Assembly (NCBI GenBank): GCA_041576165.1
Contig: JBFGLM010000002.1
Coordinates: 96,001-160,000, forward strand
DNA length: 64,000 nt
DNA from: Acidimicrobiia bacterium
Lineage (GTDB): Bacteria > Actinomycetota > Acidimicrobiia > Spongiisociales > Spongiisociaceae
Direction: 5' to 3'
This document shows, in pieces, positions 8,993 through 18,900 of the stretch. The translations under genes were made by a program, and so were the position numbers. The notes below the pieces were generated by a model. The model worked only from the letters and a program-made list of their open reading frames with translations. It searched no databases and was not told the origin of the DNA. The first letter of the stretch is position 1, and each line of letters begins with the position of its first letter.

Positions 8993-9616
8993 TCAGCGCT
9001 CGGTGGGCGGGAACGCCGTCTGCTTCGGCGGAGCCCACCTGACCCGCTCTTGCCACGGATCGGCGGGCACGAGCTCAAATACCTCGGCGTGGAGCGGCTT
9101 GTCGCCGTTGAGGGTGTGCAGCGAACGGCCGGTGAGGCCGAGGCGGGCGGCCTGAATGGGATCCTGATGAGAGACGACGGCGACTGGACCGTCGATCTGC
9201 GCAGACCAGCGGCCGATCGCGGACGCCATGCGGTGCGCCAGAGCGGCCAGCGACTCGGCGGACCACGGCAGGTCCCACGGGTGCCGCAGATAGGCGTCGA
9301 GCTCGCCGGGATAATGGTCGTCGAGCTCCTCCCATACCAGGCCTTTCCAGCGCTGGGCCATACCCCACTCGGTGAGCTCATCATCGATCCTGACTTCGAG
9401 GCCGTGCGGTCGAGCGATTGCTGCGGCGGTTTCACGCGCCCGCCGCAGGGGAGACGCCACCACGGCCGCGAGCCGGCGGGGAGCCAGGTACTCGCCGGCC
9501 TCGTCGGCCTGGCGACGGCCGAGATCACTCAGCCCGAATCCCGGAAGGTCGGCATATACGATGTGGTCGGGGTTGTGCACCTCGCCGTGGCGCACGAGAA
9601 ATACGGGGTGTGACAC
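8993..9616 (-). CDS. Histidine phosphatase (phosphoglycerate mutase-like) family protein
   Basis: LVRHGE, SPLRRARETA and VVSHQD motifs. GTG at 9616 is preceded by TACACT-N7. Confidence 0.9.
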   Translation of the reverse strand: MSHPVFLVRHGEVHNPDHIVYADLPGFGLSDLGRRQADEAGEYLAPRRLAAVVASPLRRARETAAAIARPHGLEVRIDDELTEWGMAQRWKGLVWEELDDHYPGELDAYLRHPWDLPWSAESLAALAHRMASAIGRWSAQIDGPVAVVSHQDPIQAARLGLTGRSLHTLNGDKPLHAEVFELVPADPWQERVRWAPPKQTAFPPTER

Positions 9617-9644
9617 GAGTTCGAGTGTAAGGGTCCCGGGAGCA

Positions 9645-10853
9645 GTGACAGAAACCGAGCGGCGGTTCGACGAGCCGATTCTCCACGTCGACATGGATGC
9701 CTTCTATGTAGAGGTGGAACGGCTGCGCGATCCGTCCCTGGTGGGGGCCGCGGTCGTGGTCGGCGGTGCCGGGCCCCGAGGCGTCGTGGCGTCCGCCTCC
9801 TATGAGGCGAGGGCATTCGGGATCCGATCAGCAATGGCCATGGGCGAGGCTCGGCGGCGGTGCCCGGAACTGGTGGTCGTGGCGCCCGATCACGGGCGTT
9901 ACGGCGAGGTTTCCGAGGCGGTGTTCGAGATCTTTCGCAGCTACACCCCCGTGGTCGAAGGGTTGAGCGTCGATGAGGCGTTCCTCGACATCCGGGGCCT
10001 GCGCCTGCATTACGGGTCGCCGCTGGAGGTGGCGGCGGCGATCAGAACCCAGATCCGTCATGAACTTGGCTTGCCCGCCTCGGTCGGCATCGCGGCCACC
10101 AAATTCGTAGCCAAGCTGGCGTCGGCCCACGCCAAGCCGGACGGAATCAGACACGTTGCGGCCGGAGCGGAGGCCGCATTCCTCCACCCGCTGGCGGTGC
10201 AGGAGCTATGGGGGGTGGGCGCGGCTACCCACGCGGCGCTCGAACAGCTCGGGGTGGAAACGATCGGAGATCTGGCTGCAATCCCTGCGCCGACGCTCCA
10301 TCGAAGGCTGGGAACGGCGGTGGGGGGCCAGCTGGCCGCGCTGAGTCATGGGATCGATCCCCGCACGGTGGAACCCGATCTCGCAGCCAAGTCCCTGTCC
10401 GTCGAACACACCTATCCCGTCGATATCAGCGGCTACGAAGTCTTGGAGTCCGAAACGCTCCGGCATGCTGAGCGCCTGGGTAGCCGGCTCAGGAGGGCCG
10501 GGCTGAGCGGCCGTACCGTCGGACTCAAGCTGAGATACGCCGACTTCACGACAGTGACCCGCAGCGAGACGCTGGCGTCGCCGACCGACGTCAGTCGCGA
10601 CATCTATCAGGCGGCCAAGCGCCTGTTGGCCGGGCTTGACGTTGGAGACCGGCCGGTGCGCCTTCTAGGTGTGGGGATGAGCGGGCTGAGCGAAGCGGGC
10701 GGTATCCGTCAGCTGGCCGTCGACCGTCCTGCCAAATGGGACGACGTTGCTGATGCGGTGGAGAGCGTTCGACGGCGCTACGGTAACGATGCAGTGGCTC
10801 CGGCGCGGCTGCGGGACACCCCCGACGAAGGGGCCTCCGAGCGACCGGATTGA
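9645..10853 (+). CDS. dinB: DNA polymerase IV
   Basis: ILHVDMDAFY, ASYEAR, SVDEAF and AKPDG Y-family motifs. Start set at GTG 9645. Confidence 0.96.
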   Translation: MTETERRFDEPILHVDMDAFYVEVERLRDPSLVGAAVVVGGAGPRGVVASASYEARAFGIRSAMAMGEARRRCPELVVVAPDHGRYGEVSEAVFEIFRSYTPVVEGLSVDEAFLDIRGLRLHYGSPLEVAAAIRTQIRHELGLPASVGIAATKFVAKLASAHAKPDGIRHVAAGAEAAFLHPLAVQELWGVGAATHAALEQLGVETIGDLAAIPAPTLHRRLGTAVGGQLAALSHGIDPRTVEPDLAAKSLSVEHTYPVDISGYEVLESETLRHAERLGSRLRRAGLSGRTVGLKLRYADFTTVTRSETLASPTDVSRDIYQAAKRLLAGLDVGDRPVRLLGVGMSGLSEAGGIRQLAVDRPAKWDDVADAVESVRRRYGNDAVAPARLRDTPDEGASERPD

Positions 10854-10901
10854 GCGGTCTCAACCGGAGATTGAGCCTTCAGCCTTGTCTCGGTCGCTGC
10901 G

Positions 10902-10907
10902 TATAAT
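10902..10907 (+). promoter_or_regulatory. -10 element (TATAAT) upstream of the DUF3040 gene
   Basis: Perfect TATAAT in GC-rich intergenic DNA, 36 nt before ATG 10944. Confidence 0.55.
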
Positions 10908-10943
10908 GGCTCAGCGAGTTGGCCGACGGGCCCAGGAGACCGG

Positions 10944-11285
10944 ATGCCATTGGACGAACGAGAACAGCGGATCCTCGACGAAATCGAGCGGCAATTCCGG
11001 GAGGAAGATCCCGAGCTGGTAGAAGCGGTCAACACGATGCCGCTGGCGCGGTTCGCCAAGGGCGGCATCAAGCTCTCGATTCTCGGTGTCATAGTCGGCC
11101 TGGTGCTGATGCTGGCCACCTTCTCGATCAACCCTTTTCCGGCCCTTGTCGGTTTCGTGATCATGGTCTATTCGGTCACACGGCTCGTTTCGGCTCTCGG
11201 TGATGGCTCCCGGAGTCGTTCCAGCGGCGGCGGCGCCGGAAAAGTTCGAAATCGATTCAGAAGTCTCTGGCCTTTCGGGCGCTGA
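10944..11285 (+). CDS. DUF3040 family membrane protein
   Basis: MPLDEREQRILDEIERQF.EEDP N-terminus followed by two TM helices. Confidence 0.9.
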   Translation: MPLDEREQRILDEIERQFREEDPELVEAVNTMPLARFAKGGIKLSILGVIVGLVLMLATFSINPFPALVGFVIMVYSVTRLVSALGDGSRSRSSGGGAGKVRNRFRSLWPFGR

Positions 11286-11304
11286 CCCGGTTCTGCGGGC
11301 TAGA

Positions 11305-11324
11305 GTGGCCGGACTTCCGGCCAC
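11305..11324. terminator. GC-rich hairpin, possible terminator
   Basis: GTGGCCGG-ACTT-CCGGCCAC perfect 8-bp stem 20 nt after the DUF3040 stop; no U-tract. Confidence 0.35.
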
Positions 11325-11433
11325 AGCTGAGCGATCACTGATCGAGTCACTTCCCCAATTGGCTCGCTGAGGCCTGGCGGAGCAAGCGGAGGATTGGCGA
11401 CACTTCGGGTGTCGTGCGGGTCGTGGGAGAGTG

Positions 11434-11928
11434 ATGGCTGAGGGGTTCACTGCGCAGCAGGCGTCCCGATTGACGAACTGCACGCAGCACCAGTTGCGCT
11501 ATTGGGACAACGTAGGTTTGGTTCAGCCCTCCGTGCAGGGGACCGGTGGGCGTCCCGGGGTCCGGCGCATGTACTCGTTCCGGGATCTCGTCGCCCTTCG
11601 GGTGGTGCGGGCGTTGCTCGACAATGGCATGTCGGTCCAGCGGGTCAGGCGAGCATGGTCGTACCTGCGGCGTAATGGAGATTTCGACAAGCACCTGTCG
11701 GAGGTCCGTCTCGTGTCCGACGGCCGCACGATTTTCCACGTGAACGCCGACGAGGACGAGATCCTCGACGCACTACGGGCGGGGCAGCTTGCCTTCTTCG
11801 GGACGATCGATCACGTTACGAGGTCGGTCGAGGAGGATATCACCCGGTTTGAGCTCGACCGGGAGCAGTTCCTCGAGGTTCTGCGGCGAGTGGAGGACGA
11901 CGTGCTGGCCGAGGTCGTCGAGGGCTGA
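11434..11928 (+). CDS. MerR-family HTH regulator (resembles the actinobacterial Rv1830/McdR type)
   Basis: QLRYWD..GLVQPS, RRMYSFRDLVALRVVRALLD.G.S.Q.VR and LVSDG.TI motifs. Confidence 0.88.
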   Translation: MAEGFTAQQASRLTNCTQHQLRYWDNVGLVQPSVQGTGGRPGVRRMYSFRDLVALRVVRALLDNGMSVQRVRRAWSYLRRNGDFDKHLSEVRLVSDGRTIFHVNADEDEILDALRAGQLAFFGTIDHVTRSVEEDITRFELDREQFLEVLRRVEDDVLAEVVEG

Positions 11929-11966
11929 ACGGACCCCGGTGCGGACTAGGTGCTCGAGGGGCTGGC

Positions 11967-14327
11967 TCAGTCGCCGTGCGACCGGAGCGAGCGCAGATTG
12001 AACCAGCGCAGAAGGCGGCGGGTCTTCGAGTATCGCTCTCGCAGCCCGGTCTCGGTTCGGAGGTACGACGCTTCGGCCCACTGGAGACGGGGTGCCGAGA
12101 CCTCGGCTTCCGGGCCGTACATCACCTTCGTATATGTGAGCGCCAGGGGCTCCATCGCCGGGTCGGTCGACGCAGCAACCTCGGTCGGGGTAGCCGACCG
12201 AGGGACGGGATCGCCGAGATCAGCCAGCTGGTCGGTGATCTCGTACCAGGCCGCGCTGATGTCGCCCCGATTGAGCCGCCGGAGGCGTCGCCGCCGGCGC
12301 CACCACTTATAGGCGGGGATGGCACTGAGCAGGGCGGCCGCGATGGGCAATACGAGCAGTTGCCATGGGAACGGCCGGCGTACGGCGTCCGGGTCGAATC
12401 CCGGTAGGACAATGTCGGGCGACGAGGGGGCCTCGGCGATCTGGTTCAACAGCTCCAGCGCCGGGCCGTCGATCGCGTTGTTGACTGCGGTCTCGGTGGC
12501 GTCGCTGCCATCGTCCTGGAGCGGCACGTAGTTGCGCGGGTCAAAGCCGAGGGAGTTGACGAGGCCCGGATTGTCGGCCTGCCGCCGGGGAGTCGGATCG
12601 AACTGCACCCATCCCTGCTCCGGGAACCAGACTTCGACCCATGAATGTGCATCGTTTTGGCGCACGGTCACGGTTCCGTTCGCGTCGATGTCACCGGGGG
12701 CGAAGCCGAGGATGACCCGGCTGGGAATGCCGAGAGTTCGCGCCATCACGGCCATGGCGGTGGCGAACTGTTCGCAGTAGCCGATTCGGTAGTTGATGCT
12801 CTCGGGATCGGTCAGCCACGATTCGAGGTCCTGCGCGGAGTGGCCCGGGTCGATCGTGACGTCGTAGGTGAAGTTGTCCGACCTCAGGAAGGCTTCCATG
12901 AACAGTGCCCGCTCGAAGTCGGTGGCGGCCGCCGCCGTGAGCTCCCGGGCAAACCCTCCCACGGTGCTTTGTGCGATCGACGGCGGGAGCTCCAGGAAGA
13001 CGTCCAGATTCTCCGGTTCGGGACGGGGCGCCACGCCTGCCGCCTGGCCCTCGAACACGCCTTGCTGGCGGGCCTCCTCGAAGATCCCCGAAAGTGAGCC
13101 TTCCCGTGAGGCCAGAACGTCGAAGTTGGGGGCCGGTATCTGCGACGTCACCTGGTAGTTGAGGCCTTCAAACGTGAGCGCGTCAAAGCGCACGGCCCCG
13201 TCCTCGCGGATTCGGAAGCTTTCGGTCAAGATCTCAGACTGGGACGCAAGTGCGACCGGGGTGTACGCGGCGGGGAGGTAGTTCTGGCGCAGGGAAGCGA
13301 TCGTGATGTCCTGGCGAACGGTGGTGGTAGGCCCGATGAAGACCTGATCCGGGTTCTCCCACGGAGTTCCCGGCTCGGGCCTGCGAATCTGGGAACGGCG
13401 CGGGAACCAGTTCGTCCCATCGAAGCTTTCCAGCGCGATCAGCTTCCAGTAGACGTCGCCCGGGTCGATGTCGCCCTCAATTCGGGCTGTGAAGACCGGA
13501 GTGTCCGACTGCGAGACCAGGCTCTGCTGCACCCCCACAAAGAGGTTGTAGCTGACTCCACCGAAGATCCCATTGCCGAAGCCGGTGCGGGCACGCCAGT
13601 TGAGCACGCCCGATTCGGGAACTCGGTCGGCCAGTATCCCCGAGACCAGCACCGTGATGATCAGGAGGCCGACGACGTAGGCGCCGGGTCGACCGGCGGA
13701 CAGCGCAGAGACGTATCGGTTTTCACGATCTCGCAGCCGACCGGTCCCGGCCGTCCGCTCGTCATAGGCAACGGCCAGCAAGCTCGCGAGGAGAAGCCCC
13801 AGGAAAGCGAACGTCCAGCCGAGCCCGGGTGGGACTCGATCCATCGTGGCGAGCTGGAGGTAGAGGAGGAGGCCGGGCACGATCGCGATGATCGGCCGGC
13901 CGGTGGTGAGGGCCCACACCACGACAGCTCCGATGACCCAGAAGAGCCAGGTGAGGAGCAGGATTATCCCGGCCACCGGCACCACAGGAGCTGTCCCGAA
14001 CCGGATCAGCTCGAAGCCAAAGGCCAGCTCCCGTACCGTCTCGCCGACGGTGGCCGGGGTCGGGATCAGGCCGAACAGCGCCGTGTCGGGGGCGGCGATC
14101 CGGATCGTAGCGAGCACGAGGCCGATCCCGTTGGCGATGAGTAAACCGGACAGGCTGGCGCGATAGGACAGGGCCACCCAGGTGATGACTCCACCGAGCA
14201 AGAGAGCGGCGATCAGAACCAGCTGCCAGGGCGGGCCCTGAGAGGCCGTCCGCAGCAACCGCTCCATTCGTAGCAGCGCCAGGATCAGCCCCGCCGCGGT
14301 GGCGAACCAGGTCAGACGGTTGACCAT
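11967..14327 (-). CDS. Transglutaminase-like membrane protein (DUF3488 + TGc)
   Basis: Multiple N-terminal TM helices, GYCEQFA (Cys), HSWVEV (His) and WVQFDPTP (Asp). ATG 14327 overlaps the end of the DUF58 gene. Confidence 0.93.
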   Translation of the reverse strand: MVNRLTWFATAAGLILALLRMERLLRTASQGPPWQLVLIAALLLGGVITWVALSYRASLSGLLIANGIGLVLATIRIAAPDTALFGLIPTPATVGETVRELAFGFELIRFGTAPVVPVAGIILLLTWLFWVIGAVVVWALTTGRPIIAIVPGLLLYLQLATMDRVPPGLGWTFAFLGLLLASLLAVAYDERTAGTGRLRDRENRYVSALSAGRPGAYVVGLLIITVLVSGILADRVPESGVLNWRARTGFGNGIFGGVSYNLFVGVQQSLVSQSDTPVFTARIEGDIDPGDVYWKLIALESFDGTNWFPRRSQIRRPEPGTPWENPDQVFIGPTTTVRQDITIASLRQNYLPAAYTPVALASQSEILTESFRIREDGAVRFDALTFEGLNYQVTSQIPAPNFDVLASREGSLSGIFEEARQQGVFEGQAAGVAPRPEPENLDVFLELPPSIAQSTVGGFARELTAAAATDFERALFMEAFLRSDNFTYDVTIDPGHSAQDLESWLTDPESINYRIGYCEQFATAMAVMARTLGIPSRVILGFAPGDIDANGTVTVRQNDAHSWVEVWFPEQGWVQFDPTPRRQADNPGLVNSLGFDPRNYVPLQDDGSDATETAVNNAIDGPALELLNQIAEAPSSPDIVLPGFDPDAVRRPFPWQLLVLPIAAALLSAIPAYKWWRRRRRLRRLNRGDISAAWYEITDQLADLGDPVPRSATPTEVAASTDPAMEPLALTYTKVMYGPEAEVSAPRLQWAEASYLRTETGLRERYSKTRRLLRWFNLRSLRSHGD

Positions 14328-15487
14328 GTGGACTGCACCCCTTTCAACCACGCCGGCGCCCACGGGTCGTGTGGCCCGACGGTGATCGTGGTCGCGCCGC
14401 CGCGCTGGAATTGCACCAGCGACTCGGGTGGCTCATCGGTGACCGACAGCAGAACCGTCCGCCCGAAGTCGCGTGAGAGCAGCCGCTGAGCCTCCAGCAG
14501 CTCGTTGTCGCCCACCCCCGTGATCAGAACCAGTGCCCCGCCACGGGCGCCCCGCCGCAGATGCATTGCCGCAGCCCGGATGTCGAGATCTTCCTCGAGC
14601 TGGACCCTCGCCAGCGCCTCCATGGCCGAAGCGTAGGGCGACCCGGCGTTGGAGCTGACCGGTGCTCCACCGGTCCAAAGGTCGGCCGCGAAGCCCTCCC
14701 GGTACAAGTGGCGGATCACCGAGGCGGCGCCGCGAACGGCCCGTTCGAAAGCGGCCGGAGACTCGTAGGCGGATTCTCGCGGGTCGAGCAAGACCAGCGC
14801 TCTCGCCTGCCACGGCGTCTCGAGCTGGCGGATCATCAGCCGGTCTCGCTTCGCCGAGCTCGGCCAGTGAACCCGGCGCAGGTCATCGCCGATCTGGTAC
14901 TCCCTGAGTGTAAAGAAATCCTCGCCGCCCCGGTGGCTGAATTCCGGTTTGGCCGCATGGACCGACGGATCGAGGCCGCGTACTATCGGGAACCCTTCGA
15001 GGTCCTCCACCGAGGGATACACAATGAGCTGGTCCCCCTCGCCGACCGAGACCGAAACCGACGCCAGTCCGAGCGGATCTGAGGTGGTGATAGTTGCTGG
15101 CCCCACCTCGTAGATGCCCCGCGGTCGGCATAAGATCTGATACGAGGCGGAAGCCGAGGTGCCGCGGGCCAGCAGACCGAGGGCGAAGCGAGCGGTGCCC
15201 AGGCCCGACACGGTGTCCTCCACCGTCACGTTGCGCATTGCGAACCGTCCCCGGTTGGCAACGGCGGTAGACACCGACGCCTGATCTCCTTCGTGCACCA
15301 GGTTGGGGGTGAGGCGTCTCGTGACCGCAGCGACCGGTATCGTCACCTTGACGAGGATGAGCGCCAGTCCCACGCCGGCGATCAACAGCACACCGGAACC
15401 GAGCAGTTCGATTTCCCCCAACGCCACGAACAGAATCAGGAGTGCGATACCCGCCCCGAGCGCGGCCCAGCCGCGGTCGGTCAGCAT
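14312..15487 (-). CDS. DUF58 domain protein
   Basis: RGIY..GP, LREYQIGDDLRRVHWPSSAK..LMIRQ motifs; lies directly downstream of the MoxR ATPase. Confidence 0.93.
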   Translation of the reverse strand: MLTDRGWAALGAGIALLILFVALGEIELLGSGVLLIAGVGLALILVKVTIPVAAVTRRLTPNLVHEGDQASVSTAVANRGRFAMRNVTVEDTVSGLGTARFALGLLARGTSASASYQILCRPRGIYEVGPATITTSDPLGLASVSVSVGEGDQLIVYPSVEDLEGFPIVRGLDPSVHAAKPEFSHRGGEDFFTLREYQIGDDLRRVHWPSSAKRDRLMIRQLETPWQARALVLLDPRESAYESPAAFERAVRGAASVIRHLYREGFAADLWTGGAPVSSNAGSPYASAMEALARVQLEEDLDIRAAAMHLRRGARGGALVLITGVGDNELLEAQRLLSRDFGRTVLLSVTDEPPESLVQFQRGGATTITVGPHDPWAPAWLKGVQSTWSTV

Positions 15488-16465
15488 CTACGTCCCGGCG
15501 TGGGCACCCGGCACCGTCAGGGAGCCGATGACCGAGCTGACGATGTCGCTCATGTCGGTTCCGCGCATCTGAGCCTCTGGTCGCAAGGCAAGGCGATGCT
15601 CCAACACTGGCGCGGCGAGGGCCTTGATGTCGTCGGGAGTGACGTACTCCCGACCCTCCGCGGCCGCGCGCACGCGGGCCACCCGCTGCAGGTATAGCGC
15701 CGAACGGGGCGACGCCCCCAGCAACAGCTCACCGTGCTGGCGGGTCGCTTCGACCACGTCGACGATGTAACCCTTCATGGAGGTGGCGACGTGGATCTGA
15801 CGGGCCGTGTCGATCATGCGCTCGACCTCATCGGCGCTGACCACCGACTTGAGGTCGTTGAAGGGCGAGATCCCGCCGTGTGTGTCGAGGATCTCGCGTT
15901 CCTTTTCCCGGGTGGGATAGCCGATGACCACACGCATCATGAACCGGTCGAGTTGGGCTTCGGGCAGGGGATAGGTCCCTTCGTGCTCGATCGGATTCTG
16001 GGTGGCGATCACCATGAACGGGGGCTGGAGCGGGTGGGTGGTCGTATCGACCGTCACCTGCCGCTCCTCCATGGCTTCGAGCAACGCGGCCTGAGTCTTC
16101 GGGCTGGCCCGGTTGATCTCATCGCCCACGACGATGTTGGCGAAGATGGGTCCGGGATTGAAGACGAAGCTCGACGCCTGACGATCCCAGACGGACACGC
16201 CTGTGATGTCGGAGGGCAGTAGGTCAGGGGTGAACTGAATTCGGTGGAAGGAGCAGTCGATGGTGCGGGCCAGTGACTTGGCCAGGAGCGTCTTGCCCAC
16301 GCCCGGTACATCCTCCACGAGCACATGGCCTTCGGCCACGAGGCTCATACCCAGCAGCTCGATGACGTGGCGCTTTCCCTGGATGACGCGCTCGATATTG
16401 CTCACCATGGCGTCAAAACGGTCCGCGAACCAGGACACCTGCTCGGGGGGAAGCGACTCGTTCAC
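15488..16465 (-). CDS. MoxR-family AAA+ ATPase
   Basis: EDVPGVGKT, RIQFTPDLLPSD, DEINRA, ATQNP and LPEAQLDRF. GTG 16465 has GAGG upstream. Confidence 0.96.
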   Translation of the reverse strand: MNESLPPEQVSWFADRFDAMVSNIERVIQGKRHVIELLGMSLVAEGHVLVEDVPGVGKTLLAKSLARTIDCSFHRIQFTPDLLPSDITGVSVWDRQASSFVFNPGPIFANIVVGDEINRASPKTQAALLEAMEERQVTVDTTTHPLQPPFMVIATQNPIEHEGTYPLPEAQLDRFMMRVVIGYPTREKEREILDTHGGISPFNDLKSVVSADEVERMIDTARQIHVATSMKGYIVDVVEATRQHGELLLGASPRSALYLQRVARVRAAAEGREYVTPDDIKALAAPVLEHRLALRPEAQMRGTDMSDIVSSVIGSLTVPGAHAGT

Positions 16466-16614
16466 CTGTTGCACCTCACGTCGAACCTCGCAGACATTAC
16501 TAGGGGGCCAGGATTGTGGCACCGTGAGCTTTGGGGCAGGCGCCGGGGCGAGCCCGAATGCCCGAGCACCAGGTACCAGCGCCCGGATCTCTTTCAGGTA
16601 CCCTCTCGCGAGTC

Positions 16615-16887
16615 ATGGATACCTCGCGCGGGCATCGAGCGAGTGGTGCCGGGCTGGTGCGAGCACTCGCCCGTCGCCCGACACTCGCCGTTGAGGCGCT
16701 TCGCACGGTGCTGGCAGTGGCGCCCCGGGCGTGGTGGCGGGCCGTCCCCTTCCTTCCGATACCCGACGCCGACTACTGGGCTTGGCGGGCAGAAACCGCC
16801 TACGGCGACCGAGGTACCGCCCCGGATATCGACGACATCCTGGATTACCTGGCGTGGCGCCGGCGGCAGCGGTCGATCCGGAGATGA
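16615..16887 (+). CDS. Small hypothetical protein
   Basis: Protein-like ORF with WWR..PFLP.PD.DY..WR.ETAYG and DYL.W, which looks like a conserved-type motif. Confidence 0.65.
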   Translation: MDTSRGHRASGAGLVRALARRPTLAVEALRTVLAVAPRAWWRAVPFLPIPDADYWAWRAETAYGDRGTAPDIDDILDYLAWRRRQRSIRR

Positions 16888-16928
16888 TGCGGCATACGGT
16901 GGCGCGAGCGGGCTGGGCCGCGCGACCG

Positions 16929-16957
16929 TTGACACAGGGCGCTATTTCCCGTTTAGT
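16929..16957 (+). promoter_or_regulatory. Putative sigma70-type promoter upstream of the HNH gene
   Basis: TTGACA-N17-TTTAGT; a TAATCT hexamer near 16972 is an alternative -10. Confidence 0.4.
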
Positions 16958-17005
16958 CGGATCGGCGCTGGTAATCTGGCGCCGCTGGTACTCAAGGACG
17001 CGGCT

Positions 17006-17512
17006 GTGGCTCAGCGAGCCCTGATCCTCAACGCCTCTTTCGAGCCGCTGTCGATCGTGAAAGCACGAAGGGCAGTGGTTCTCGTTATACGCGGCCGTGC
17101 CGACATCGTGGAGCCGGGGGACGATGTCTGGCGTTCCGAACGGATGATCTTCGATGTACCGTCGGTTGTCCGCCTCCGCAGTTATGTGAAGGTTCCGTAC
17201 GGCCGCCGCGTCCCGCTGACCCGCAGCGCGGTGTTTGCCCGGGACGGGCAACGTTGTCAGTACTGTCGCGGTCCGGCGGAGAGCCTGGACCACGTCGTAC
17301 CGCGTTCACGCGGCGGAACTCACACCTGGGACAATGTGGTGGCCTGCTGCCGCCGGTGCAATATCCGCAAGGGCAACAAGATGCTTCAGGAATGCGGATT
17401 CTCCCTCACCAAGCGGCCGGCGGCTCCCTCCTACCACGGCTGGTTGTACACCACGATCGGATCGGCCCCCGATCCGCGCTGGCAACCCTATCTCCTCGCC
17501 GACTCGGCCTGA
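17006..17512 (+). CDS. HNH endonuclease (McrA-like)
   Basis: LILNASFEPL, PSVVRL, RDGQRCQYC, LDHVVPRSRGG.HTWDNVV.CC..CN..KG. GTG 17006 follows AAGGA. Confidence 0.93.
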   Translation: MAQRALILNASFEPLSIVKARRAVVLVIRGRADIVEPGDDVWRSERMIFDVPSVVRLRSYVKVPYGRRVPLTRSAVFARDGQRCQYCRGPAESLDHVVPRSRGGTHTWDNVVACCRRCNIRKGNKMLQECGFSLTKRPAAPSYHGWLYTTIGSAPDPRWQPYLLADSA

Positions 17513-17529
17513 CCCGCCGCGTCCTGCGA

Positions 17530-18690
17530 CTACTGACTGGCGATGGTCGTGGTAGTCGTCACCACAGGGGCCGGTTGGACAACTTCCCCGTCCTGGTCGA
17601 CATCGAAGGCGTGGCCACCCAATACGTCGCCGCAATCGAGGAACACGAAATCGCTCCCCGGCTTGGCGCCCAAGTCGACCCATACGGGTACCTCGGCCGG
17701 GGGCGCCAGAATCACCGCCGCCGGCAACCCGGCCTCGTTCACGAACCGGCCGTCCCGCGGCACAATGAACGTCATCACTCGTTCAAATGTCGTACGCGGC
17801 GGAATCATGACACGCTCGATGCTCTCGCTGCGAAGCGGGTCGGTCGGCACGTCCTCGGTCTGAATGAAGAACTGGGTGGAGTAGCGAGCGCTCGAGCCAT
17901 CGGTCCAAACCGCCACGCCTGCCGGCTGCGGGTACAGGACATCCGGGAACGGTGCATCGTCGACACCGTTGTTCGTGACCCGCACGACCAGTCCGTATCC
18001 GACGGTGACCTGCTGGGTCTCGGGGTCGCCGCATACCTGCACGGTGTGGTCGACGGGCGTGACCTCCAGGTCGTCGCTCCACGGGATCGGTTCATTGAAT
18101 TCGGTTATGGCCAGACCCGGAAGAGGCTCCCAGCCCCCGAGCGCAGAGCGACTGCTGCGCAAGTCCCAGCTGGCGAATGTCACGCCGTTCTCAGACGCCT
18201 CGACCGACAGCTCGCTGGTGAAAGCCGTCGGAACCTCGAAGCCCACGGTCCAACGGGCCGGCACTCCCGGGGGAATCACCGACAACGTCGAACCCGGAAC
18301 CAGATTTGTGATCGGGTCGGTTTCCGGGATCACGCGAAGTTCACCTGCGCCGTCCCGCAAGGCCAGGACCGGATAACCGGCTTCACCTGCGAGACCGTTG
18401 AGCAGGTAGGGGAGTACCACCGCAGTAGGACGGAACGCCACCCCGACCTTCACTTCTGACCAGCCGGTGCGGACGGGGGAGGGGACCACGAACGCGTCCT
18501 GAACCTCCAGGTCCCACCCGGGCCCGGCGAAGCGCTGACCGAGCTCGAGCACAGCGACGGGCGGTGGGGGCGAGGATTCTGGCTCGTCCTGGGCGAGCGC
18601 GGGTCCCACCGCCATCGCGCCAGCGAACGAGGCCGCTAGCCCTACCACGGTGATGAGCGCCGCAACGATGACAACTTTGTGGGCTCGCAT
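17530..18690 (-). CDS. Secreted protein with two putative Ig-like (DUF4352-like) beta domains
   Basis: Signal peptide MRAHKVVIVAALITVVGLAASFAGA..ALA-QD with GGGAG upstream. Two repeats end IPP..(W/F)..(GF/TF).VP; Thr-rich C-terminus. Confidence 0.75.
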   Translation of the reverse strand: MRAHKVVIVAALITVVGLAASFAGAMAVGPALAQDEPESSPPPPVAVLELGQRFAGPGWDLEVQDAFVVPSPVRTGWSEVKVGVAFRPTAVVLPYLLNGLAGEAGYPVLALRDGAGELRVIPETDPITNLVPGSTLSVIPPGVPARWTVGFEVPTAFTSELSVEASENGVTFASWDLRSSRSALGGWEPLPGLAITEFNEPIPWSDDLEVTPVDHTVQVCGDPETQQVTVGYGLVVRVTNNGVDDAPFPDVLYPQPAGVAVWTDGSSARYSTQFFIQTEDVPTDPLRSESIERVMIPPRTTFERVMTFIVPRDGRFVNEAGLPAAVILAPPAEVPVWVDLGAKPGSDFVFLDCGDVLGGHAFDVDQDGEVVQPAPVVTTTTTIASQ

Positions 18691-18900
18691 CTCGACTCCC
18701 AAATCACGTACGCAAAATTTCGGGTGCTTCCGAACTCCGGTTGAGCGTTTTGCGTGTTCGTTACAGGCCGACTGTTCACACTGAGTGGCGATACGGCGGT
18801 TTCTCCGGGCTGGTTTGCATTCCGAATCTGCCACGGTTTGCGCACCGTGTGGGACCGTTCTTCACGCCGACTGAGGCGGCGCCGACCATCGGGCGGACCG

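Noticed and set aside
9610-9644. SOS (LexA) box upstream of dinB
   Set aside because: Only one half-site (GTTCG); it does not fit CGAAC-N4-GTTCG.
11967-16465. MoxR-DUF58-transglutaminase triad as a novel system
   Set aside because: A well-known, widespread gene triad.
16325-17005. Apparent long N-terminal extension of the HNH protein
   Set aside because: Overlaps moxR and the 16615 gene; the family N-terminus and RBS are at GTG 17006.
18691-18900. c-di-GMP-I riboswitch upstream of the secreted protein (GCAAACC on the minus strand; ACGCAAAA/TTTTGCGT inverted repeat)
   Set aside because: The GAAA tetraloop stem and the following GACGCAAAG element are not arranged as required; only a generic hairpin is supported.
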